Assembly (NCBI RefSeq): GCF_004010195.1
Contig: NC_057718.1
Span: forward strand, 47,962,507-48,026,506
Direction: 5' to 3'
Origin: Chiloscyllium plagiosum
Lineage: Eukaryota
Length of the DNA stretch: 64,000 nucleotides
In this document: positions 54,086-64,000 of the stretch, piece by piece
Position numbering within the stretch: the first letter of the stretch is position 1
Layout: each line of letters opens with the position of its first letter
Notes under the pieces: generated by a model
What the model was told of the DNA's origin: nothing
Databases searched by the model: none
The model's input: the letters and a program-made list of their open reading frames with translations, nothing else
Translations under genes and position numbers: made by a program

Positions 54086-54650
54086 AAACCCACTAAAACA
54101 GCAGCTAATGAACTTGAAAGACCCTACTCGGACAATGAGCAACGTCATTTACAAAATACCACGCAAGGTAACAAACACTACATTGAACAAACAGGCAGAA
54201 AACTAGCCACCAGGATACATGAACACCAACTAGCCACAAAATGACATGACACTCTCTCTCTCGTATCCTCACATATGGATGAGGAAGAACACCACTTCGA
54301 CTGAGACAATACATCCATCCTAGGAAAAGCCAAACAAAATTACGCATGAGAATTCCTCGAAGCATGGCATTCCAACCGGAACTCTATCAACAAACACATC
54401 AAGTTAGAACCATCTACAATCCCGAGAAAAGGAGCCGGAAGTGACATCACCACAGGAAATGACATCACCAACCCAAAGAAACCCAAACATATAAATAGAA
54501 AGCAGGAATTTTCAGCATTGCTTCGCGTGAGGTCCACTGAAGATGTTACCTAGTAAGGTAACGAAAGGTCTGGAAATGAACCTTTCAGCTCAGTGAGCAA
54601 ACCTACATCCAAAACCTCAACCTGAGCTACAAATCTTCTCAAAACTTGCT
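54086..54650 (+). mobile_element. Penelope-like element 3' fragment: degenerate GIY-YIG endonuclease plus hammerhead core
   Basis: Translates with a frameshift and stops as SNVIYKIP.../NKHYIEQTGRKLATRIHEHQLATK*...EFLEAWHSNRNSINKHI. Hammerhead core CTGAAGA-T-GTTACC..GGTAAC-GAAA at 54537-54566. Confidence 0.88.
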
Positions 54651-55137
54651 AATACACAAGTAATAAATAGCAAGGGAATACAATAAATGCTATGAATATT
54701 TAAATACTGGCTGAGTGGGCAAGTGCAAAAGATACAGCTTGATCCAAAACATGGCCCTGTGTACAAAGTGCCCTTCCAGCAGCACAATGATAGTTGCTAG
54801 TTTGCTCCAAAGCAAGTGCATTGGAGATGATCCACGATGACTTGGGGAAGTTGGCATCACAGATGTGAGATGTGCTCAGGAGTGTCTGAGAAATTAGTGC
54901 GAGATACCTCAAATGGCAGTTACAGGAGCAAATGGTGAGCTGGAGACGCTAGAAACACACTCAGACTTTCACATCTGGAATTCTCAGTATCCTATTTGAT
55001 AGGAAGCTTAAAATTAATGAGATGGGATTGGAAGTTGAGGAGGGTGATAAGAAAAAAAAAATCCCCATTGATAGGTTTCTCACCACTCCCCAAACAGAAT
55101 CTTATCTTGACGACAGAGTCTGATAGAAAATGCAACT

Positions 55138-56933
55138 AGAGTCATACAGTTATGCAGCGACAGAAACAGACCCTTCAGTCCAACCCGTCCATGCCGATCA
55201 GCATCCTAAATTAATCCAGTCTTATTTGCCAACATTTGGTCTCGATCCCTCTAAATTCTTCCTATTCATGTGCCCATCAAGATGCCTTTTTAATGTTAAT
55301 GGCACCTGGTTCCACCCCTTCCTTTGACAGTTTATTCTATACATACACCACACTCTACTTGAAAAAGGTGTCCCTTAGGTCCCTTTTAAATCTTTCCCCT
55401 CTCAACTTAAAACTATGCGCTCTAGCTTTGGATTCCCATACCCTGAAAAAAAAAGAGACCTTGGCTGTTCACCCTCTACATGCCCATTATGATTTTATAA
55501 ATCTCTATAAAATTCAGCCCTCAGCCTCCAATGCTTCAGTGAAAACAGTCCCAGCCTATTCAGTCTCTCCCTACAGCTCAAACCTCCAACCCTAGCATCA
55601 TCCTTGTAAACATTTCCTGAACCCATTCAAGTTTAACATAATCTTTCCTAGAGGAGGGAGGCCAGAATTGAATGCTGTATTTCAAAAGTGTCCTAACCCA
55701 TGTCCTGTACACCTGCAACGTCACATCCCAACTCCTATATTCAATGCACTGACCAAAGGCAAGCATACCAAACACCTTTCTTCACTATCATTTCTACATG
55801 AGACTCTACTTTCAAGGAACTGCAAATCTATACTTCAAAGTCTCTTTGTTCAGCAAGACTCTCCAGGAGTAAATGTATAAGTCCTGCCCGGATTTGCCTT
55901 TCCAAAATGCAGCACCACATATTTATCTAAATTAAACTCCATCTGCCATTCCTGGACCCATTGGCTCTCCAATCAAGGTCCCATTGTACTGACGTAACAT
56001 TCTTCATTCTTCACTACACCATCAATTTTGGTGTCATCTGAAAACTTACTAACTATTCCTCCGATATTCATATCCAAATCACTTATAGAAATGATAAAAC
56101 GTAGCGGACCCAGCACAGATCCTTGTGACACACTGCTAGCCATAGGTCTCCAGTCTGGAAAAACAACCTTCCACCACCACCCACAGTCTTGTACCTTCAA
56201 GCTAATTTTGTATACAAATGGCTAGCTCCCCCTAGATTCCATGTGATCTAATCTTACTAAACCTTGTCAAATACCTTGAAGCTCATACAGAACGTATACT
56301 GCTCTGCCTTCAATCTTCTTTGTCACTTCTTCAAAAAACTCAGTCAAGTTTGTGCATGGGAAATCACTAAGCCATGTTGACTATCCCTAATCAGACCTTT
56401 CCAAATATATATAAATCCTGTCTCACAGAATCACCTTCAACTTACCCAGCACTTATGTCAGGCTCACCAATCTGTAGTTTTATGGGTCTTCCTTACCACC
56501 TTTCTTTAATAATACACCACATTAGCCACCATTCAGACTTCCGGCACCTCACCAGTGGCTATAGATGACATCAATATCTCAGCATTGGGCCCAGCAATCA
56601 CTTCCTTAGCTTCCCGCAAACTTCTAGGGCACACCTGATCAGGTACTGAGGATTTATTCACCTTTATGCATTTTAAGACATCCAGCACCACTTCCTCTGT
56701 AATATCGACATGCTTCATGATGTCACTATTTATTTATTCAAGTTTTCTAGCTTCCACTGTAAATACTGACACAACATACTCATTTAGTATCTCACCCATT
56801 TCCTACAGTTCTACACAGACAGCCTTATTGATTTTTAAGGGGCCCTATTTTCCCCCTAGTTATGCCTTTTTTCTGAATGTACTTGCAGAATCTCTTAGGA
56901 TCCTCCTTAACCCTATTTGCCAAAGCTCTCATG
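55138..56933 (-). mobile_element. CR1 LINE 3' 1.8 kb
   Basis: ORFs 55578..55775, 55973..56200 (SVSQGSVLGP...FSDD) and 56533..56718. Confidence 0.92.
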
Positions 56934-59900
56934 TCAACTGCTCACAGCATACAAAAAGGCCTTGCTGAACTTCTCATGCAATTCTCCCAGATTTTTCACC
57001 ATTCCCATGTTGATGTGGAAAAGGCAGGAAAGCAGAGATAAAGTTTAGCAGATCAACCATGATCTCATTGAATGGCATAGCAGAATCAATGGGCTGATGG
57101 CCTACTTCTGCTCTGACATCTTATAGTCTTATGCTTCAAAGCATTAAGATTTTGCCCAAAGTGGTTAATTTTCAGGGATTTAAAAAAAAAATTAACCAAC
57201 CTTTTAACTTCTCTTTTCGGAACAGGAATCAGACCTCAAACATTCATCTGTTAAAACACATCCATCATTAATAAATAGATAAATAAATAAAAGGCCTTGC
57301 AGTTGTTCACACTTGGTCGGATCTCACAGCAGCCATTGCTGTCTTGGAGCTTGGAATCCCAAATCTCAACAGGGTGTTGCAGTTCGCGGCAACCGTTTTT
57401 AACTGCTTTGGTTCTATGCTTTGGAATTCCTCTCCTAAATCTCCCCGCCTCTCAGGATACTCCTGATACTTACACAGCTTTAACCAACTTTTAGTCATCT
57501 CTCCTTTTACGTCATTCTATGGTTCAGTGTCATTTCTTTTAATATTGTTTTTAAGTGCCTTTGGAAGTTTAGCTATATTAAATGCACTATAATCAATTAA
57601 GTTTGTTGTAACTGAAATTAATAGAGTTCTATTTAAAGCTATAATATCAACATAATTTGCAAAGAGAGATGTCAAACCACCAATAAAAGGAATTATGATA
57701 TATCAGGTTAATCCTGACCTTTAATGCATCGTACACAACTACATTACCTTACCCAAACTATTCCACTGTGTTTTCAACTCTCAAAGTTAGGGAATACAAT
57801 ACATACTTGTAACAAGCCAGCTCAGTACAACAAATGCTTCATCTTTGTTTTCATCAGTGCATAGTGTAGCTCTTAAGTATACTTCTGAAAGGCCTACCAT
57901 AGTGTATCTCACATTACAGACAGTGACCAGTATGGAATGCTTTCCAAGCAGACAGTGGCAAAAGGAAAGTGTAACCAAATCGACAACTATGGCACAATTA
58001 AATAAACAAAGAAGCAAAGAGTAGTTATGCCTTGCAGCAACCATCTGGTCAGACCCAAGAAATATCCAAAATGATTAAGGTACTTGCAATTAGATTACTT
58101 ATGTCAAATCACAATTTAAGTACATTACACAATACAAGAAAAGCTCCATGCAAAGCAGGAGCCCAGCATAGTGAATGTAATCTGATGACCTTTAAATTGA
58201 AAAGAAACAATTGACATCTGTCTGTTACTAGCTGTTAAGAAAATGTTTCAGTCCAGTTTACAACAAAAAATGATAGAATTTCCTCTATATTTGAATAGTG
58301 TATCAGAATACAACACCATCAATGAAGAAATCCTTAAAAAAAAGACTTTGTAAAAAATTTCCCCTCAAGGTAAAATAGCACTAATTTAAGATATTAACGC
58401 ACTTTGAATTGTCCAAGTATTTTCAATTCTCCTTCCCTTGGTTCTTTATTTTCACATTACAGTACAACTAACAAGGTTTTCTGTCTGAAGTCTGCAGAAA
58501 CACACTACTTATGAACTAAATTTCATTACACAATTCTCACAGGTGATCCAGGTTGCTAGATGTTTTCCTTCACCATGCAGGCATAGTGTGAATGCACCAC
58601 CTTGAAATTTCTTTACTGTGATTATCAATGCTGCTCATAGCTCGCCAATTATAGTAAGGCAGTGCTGTTAACAGATATATTTGGTTTCTTGGTATCAACA
58701 CACCAGAGCAAATTCAGTATGTTCTGCGTACTTTTGGTGAACTACAAGATTGTTTTTAACCAAGTTCCCTCATCACTATCAACAAATCTGTAGCAATAAG
58801 AAATACAAATATACAAAAAATAGTTTACATGGGTAAAATATTATAACATTACTACTACTTTTTTTTGGCTGTTAACATCGTTATATTATGAGCATTCTGG
58901 CCTTACAAAATATGGTTTCAATGAATTCCTAGAGACAACTGAATATTTGCTAGTGAAATGACTAAGTTATTAGTGTCCACAATGTTAGGAATCAAAACAT
59001 TAGAAATCACATATGAAGTACTGGTCAAGGACATAACCAAAAATTAGAACAACACAAACATGATCTTGGAAACAAGCACTTATATCACCAGAGTGAAAGC
59101 TATCCAACTTTTTGTCTTTTTGTTTATTCCCACAGGCATTTAAAATTTCAGATCCACTACAGCTGCACTTTGGTAGCCACATTCAGATGACTCAGTCATG
59201 GAATACAAAGACTGCAGATTTAAGTCTCCCTATTACTTAAAAAGGTAGTTTTGGTTGACTTCCACTTAGTTTTGATGGTGTCAATCAGATGTTCCACTTA
59301 TTCAACTAGTTACCTCAAGGCACTACTGAAAGAGGGCCAACAAGTCCCTCTAGTATCTTGCCATTATTTCTCCCTCAACTACAAAAAGATCACCCATCCG
59401 GTTAATGTTAGTGAGGCTTTGTTATAAGAAAGGGTGGTTTTCGTGGAGTAATGGTCATGCCCCCACTTCTGAGCCGGCAACCCTGGGTTCAAGACCTTCC
59501 TCAACCAGAGTCGTATAATAACTTCTCCGAATAGATTGATTACAAATATCTATGAGGAAATGGCAGCAGTTTGCCTATGACAGTCCAGCATTTCAAAGTG
59601 ATTGAGAATTTATGAAACTGATGCTTCACAGCAATGCAGCAAAGTCCCATATACGGCCAGAATTTTCTGTCCTAACCTCAATGAAGTGATCCTTTTTCAC
59701 ATGAACAGCAAGTGTCTGCAAGTTTCTGGGAAAGATCACAATGTGATCAACTGAATATGTGCTGATCAGCAAGACCAGCTAGTGAAATAACTAAGTTATT
59801 TGTGTGACTGTTCATATGTGCACTTTCTACCCAGTCAAAACTCTTTTATTGGAATCTAGCCACAATAATTTAACACGGTACTGACTGGAAACTGACCTCA

Positions 59901-61127
59901 CTTTTGCCCAGAATAAATTGGCCTTCAGCATAACCTGAGAAAAAGCCAATTCAAGAATACCATGCGCAAGTCCAAGAATACCATGCAACAAAGACAAAAG
60001 CAATAAAATTCATGTTTGTAACGTAGCTGCAATAATTTTTTTTTCTCACTTCAAGTGGCAAAACAACCAGATTTGTTCTTCTTTTGGTGGAAAGGCTTCT
60101 TTGTTTTAAACAAAAATATCCATCCATTTCTGACAGTCAAGCTCATTTATGAGTCAATAATCAGCATAAGAACAAGAAACTAGTCTTGCAAAAGCATCAT
60201 CCAAAGTTTCTCTAGAATAAAAATGACAAAATGTAAAAAATTGTTAAATGGTCATTTTGAAACATTTAGGAGATCATAGGATTGGCAAGTTCAACCTAAT
60301 GGGTGGATAAAATTTGTGCTCATTTGGATGCCAAGACAAGCGTAAATTGCCCTCAAGTTCTGGATGAAAACATAGGATGTCTTAACCAGAGGTGGGGATG
60401 GAAGAAGAGTAGTTCATATTCAATGAGGGAATGAGAATTTGGGGGTGAATTTCTGCAGCGTAGTTGGATTTGGTAGTTGGATTTTGTTCTGTAGGAGTAA
60501 GCATTAAAGAGTACTATGTTAACCTGGCACAATTGCTATTGCTTCTTAAACAATACATGCTTAAGGACACCAGGCCTACAATTAGATTTAGAACATATTT
60601 TTCCCCAATCTGACATTTCCAATTGATGTTATGCACTGCATCAGACCAGTACAAGTGTTTTGTGGGGATTTTGATTCTCTTGGATTAGTAGAATGCCAAT
60701 AACTGACGACCGTCTAATACTTCTGGTCCATGCTTTGCATAAATGTCAGTGTGCTTTGATGGATACTGGGATGATACATATTCCTTTGTTTTAAAAAAAA
60801 ACATGTAAGAATTTCTGATCAAACTGGGTTTGGACCTGCCAGTTGAGGGTCCCGGTATAATTGGTCACAGAATAAAATTCAATACAAAATGGATATTAAT
60901 AATTATACACTTTACTCATGTTCCTCAAATGGCAAAAGTCTTTGATATCAAAAATCACATGCTGATCCCCGACATCAGTGATTTAAAAATAACTGATGCC
61001 TCTGCAGTGAGAAAGAGGCATATGTCGTGCATAAACACTGGTATGGATCATCTGAGCCAAATGGTCTTTCTCAGCATTGTGATTCTGTGATACGGCCCAC
61101 AGCACAGCTCTTGGTACTTTTAAAATA

Positions 61128-61345
61128 CATTAGAACTTCAAGTATCCAAATTTCGGATTATCTGAACAAGATCTCAAGGTCTCGGCATTAGGCAACTCAG
61201 CAGTTATCAGTTAAACGGCATTATGGTGTGCATTGCTGGATAACCAAGAAATTTTTGATAATCGGCACTCAAATTACCATTTGTTTCCAGTTATCCGAAC
61301 AAAATACTTCGCGCCTGCCTCATTCGGATAATCGAGGTTCTACCG
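61128..61345. mobile_element. Tigger-like MITE related to 1866-2022
   Basis: TIRs cattagaacttcaagtatcc / ggataatcgaggttctaccg, TA on both sides. Confidence 0.65.
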
Positions 61346-62189
61346 TATTCCTGAATAATGCACATTATAATTGCATCTCTCATAGTTAATTTCTCCATGC
61401 TAGATAAACTAACATACACAGGATTCTAAATGTAACTTTACCTAGTAAACTGCAATTGCCGAATATATACACATGCTGTAAACAGCCCTAAGAAATGTAA
61501 CTGACATTTTCTGACCCATTGATTCTAAAACTTGGAATGCGAGATGCATCCTCACCTAAAAACAATGACAAAAGTCAGTCCATCATAAAAAGGCTATCCT
61601 GACTTGACTTCAGTTTTACTTTGCCCCAAGGTGTATAAAGCCCCCAGTGTGGGCTCTCCGTTCTCTGCAGCCTGGAGTGGCAATTATTAGTAACAAACTA
61701 TAATCAAGCATGTGCTGTAACCAACAATAAAAAGAATACAATATACAATCATTGAAAAAAATTCACACTTGCTGTTAGAAATTAGAGTAACAGAAAGCAG
61801 CGAGCAACATTGCCAGCAATAAAGGTTATCTTTGAAAAATGTTAGAGGGTGGATCTCTCTAAAGTCACAAGTTGCACAATGGATTGAAAAGAAAAAAAAA
61901 AACTGACATCAAAAAAGAAACTGGGAATGGAGTATAGTATGGCAGGGAATAATAAAATAAATGGCAAATATATACTCTCAGCAAACAGTTAAGCACAACT
62001 GCACAGAAAAGGAAATAACGCCATGACAGAAAATATTAAATCGATTATACTTTGTGTTCACAGAGACATCCAGAAAAGTGATTGTATTTCCAGCATTACT
62101 GAGAAAGGAGTAGAGTCTGAAACTCAACCTTAGTTAGTAAAGGGAAACAAGGCATCAGGCCAAGTTGAACTTCCTACAAGTGATCCATG

Positions 62190-62470
62190 AAACTGGTCAT
62201 GAGCACAGCACTATTATTGGGAAATTGTTAGAAATGGGAGCAGTTCCTTAATGATTGGAAAGTAGATAAAAGATAAAATGAATAGTTTTTTTTGAAAAGT
62301 ACAAGGGCAATCCAGGAAAGCAAAGATCGAGGGAGCCTGACATTTGTTGTGGGCTTGCTCTGGAACAGATACTTAAGGAGGCACTAATCAAATATCTAAA
62401 TAAGCACAGTAAGGAAATCAAGAGTCAGTATGGAATTCCAGGAAATAAGACATGACAATTTATGTCATGT
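62190..62470 (+). mobile_element. Very old CR1 RT fragment
   Basis: gttccttaatgattggaaagtag...aatccaggaa...agtcagtatgga resembles VP.DW...NPG...SQ.GF. Confidence 0.5.
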
Positions 62471-63164
62471 TTGATTCAAAGCATAACTGTTTCTCTTTTC
62501 ACTCATGTTGCCTGGGAATTATGAGAGTGTGATCATGCTTAACAAACTTGCAAGTCCTTAGGACTTGCTGATAATAGAAATTCCATGGCTGTGACACAGT
62601 CCTCCAGTTGAACCACTTCAACTCTGAGTACTAGTAGCTTCTATTACTGTCAGACCTTCACTCCGATTAGGGCTGACATGTAAATGACAGTCCAAGTCAA
62701 TACAACTTCCATTACATTCTGTTAATCTTTTGATGTTATTTGTAATTTTCTTCAGGCTTATTTTTTAAATAAATAGATTCTGTTCAAGCTCACAGGTGCT
62801 CTGTGAAAAGGACAAGAAATTATGGGTTCAACTTCATTAGTTTCACCAATCATGGTTAATAAAAGGCACCATTAACGTGGGAGACAAACAGGAAGTGCAC
62901 ATATATTTATTAGGCCATCATGGAATATTGCCATCCAGCACTCACACAGCAATGCCATGGAAACAGAGTGGAATGCTGACCCCAGCAGTAGGTTACTGTG
63001 CAAGAACAAAATCTGAGAAATCCTGAATAGGACAAATTGTAGCAAATCTGCACAAGACCACATCAAAATGTTCACAATTAACAACTTAACTACATATTAC
63101 TACATAATGCCAATTACTATTGCAATTATACATTGCTTGTAATTTAGAAGTCTACACTGCAACA

Positions 63165-63187
63165 ACCCCCCCCCCCCCCCCGCCCCC
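63165..63187. repeat. Poly-C tract (poly-G on the transcribed strand)
   Basis: Run of about 17 C, then G, then C5. Confidence 0.9.
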
Positions 63188-64000
63188 TACAAATAACACG
63201 ACTAAAACATGGTGGTGTAATGTAGGATCACATCCAGCAAACAATAGCTACTTACTGGATTAGTTCAACATCAAGTCACAGTATGTTCAAAGATATGTAA
63301 AATAGTGCTCAGATACTTCATGTCCAAAGTGGCTCGGTATGAACAGGGAACATTTCTCCAATAATGCATACTGACAATATATCTCAATTAAAATAATAAC
63401 ATTCAAATGTCTTTTTAAAAAACATTAAGCTGCTCTCAGCCTTGTTCTCTGAAATACAGACACACTGTTCTTACTTCAAAATTCTCTCTTTTTTTTCCCC
63501 CCTTACATCCTATTCCAATCAAATTGCTGGTATGTGTCCAAAGTCTAATGGCCTATGAAATGGTCACTAGTAAGTTGTCAGGAGACTCAGAGCAACTTGC
63601 CGGTCTTTGGAAATGTGCCTAGTCTCATTAATTGCTTGTATTCAATGCTTTTAAACCAACAATAATTTCCTAGGCCTAAGATGTTTCATAGCGACGCAAG
63701 TGAAAAGAAGGGGAGATTGAACTAAAGGTTAGGTAGGAGGGGTAGACAAAAATTCAGTCAAATAAGTGCATGGAAATTAAACATACACAAGAAACTTACG
63801 GCTACTGGAGACCAATCAATAGCTCCAAGACATCACTCCAAAGATATTTTTAAGGTAGACTTTTTCGAATCAAGAAACGTCGAACAATTACCACTGCAAC
63901 ACTAGACCTCCTAAAATATCACTAACTCTGGAATCCAGGCCTTCTATTCGTGAGGTAGGACTCTAAACTGCAGCGTAAGCCTCCCTGACCTTGCCTTGAT

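Noticed and set aside
52490..55100. GC-richer block with several short ORFs, possibly a Harbinger-type DNA transposon remnant
   Set aside because: No transposase motif or TIR pair that I can support from the sequence alone.
59952..59986. 14-bp direct repeat caagaataccatgc x2 (similar small duplications at ~700-725 and ~8347-8372)
   Set aside because: Simple slippage duplications; only two units and no array or CRISPR-like structure.
62872..63084. Hydrophobic minus-strand ORF as the first LPGAT1 coding exon
   Set aside because: No similarity to the expected N-terminus (MRFAFMV...NNLVAIPSY...ASWGW).
1..64000. Prokaryotic-type systems (CRISPR, retrons, operons)
   Set aside because: The sequence is vertebrate intronic DNA with no repeat-spacer arrays or dense coding.

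Overview
Eukaryotic, repeat-rich genomic DNA from a cartilaginous fish. HE1/V-SINEs with HER1-type CR1 LINE tails point to a shark; a bamboo/carpet shark is a guess. The window appears to lie entirely inside one minus-strand gene, LPGAT1 (lysophosphatidylglycerol acyltransferase 1). Three internal coding exons are visible (34717-34835, 29254-29349, 16902-17169), with GT-AG boundaries, consistent phases and all four acyltransferase motifs. I could not find the first coding exon or the last exons, so they probably lie outside the window. The introns are filled with degenerate CR1 LINEs (one near full length), HE1 SINEs, Deu-domain SINEs, Tigger-like MITEs, a possible solo LTR and Penelope-like element (PLE) remnants carrying hammerhead-ribozyme cores. 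Nearly all ORFs in the supplied track are transposon fragments or noise. The most notable observations are: (1) a second copy of the acceptor and first codons of the catalytic exon, which could form a phase-compatible exon lacking the HxxxxD motif; (2) four PLE hammerhead motifs, two of them in a 212-bp inverted repeat; (3) a 129-bp insertion with a perfect 41-bp palindrome and a 15-bp target-site duplication; (4) near-identical inverted HE1 SINEs in a nested TE stack. I see no convincing evidence for a wholly new biological system. Repeat boundaries are approximate and family names come from recognition, not database searches.
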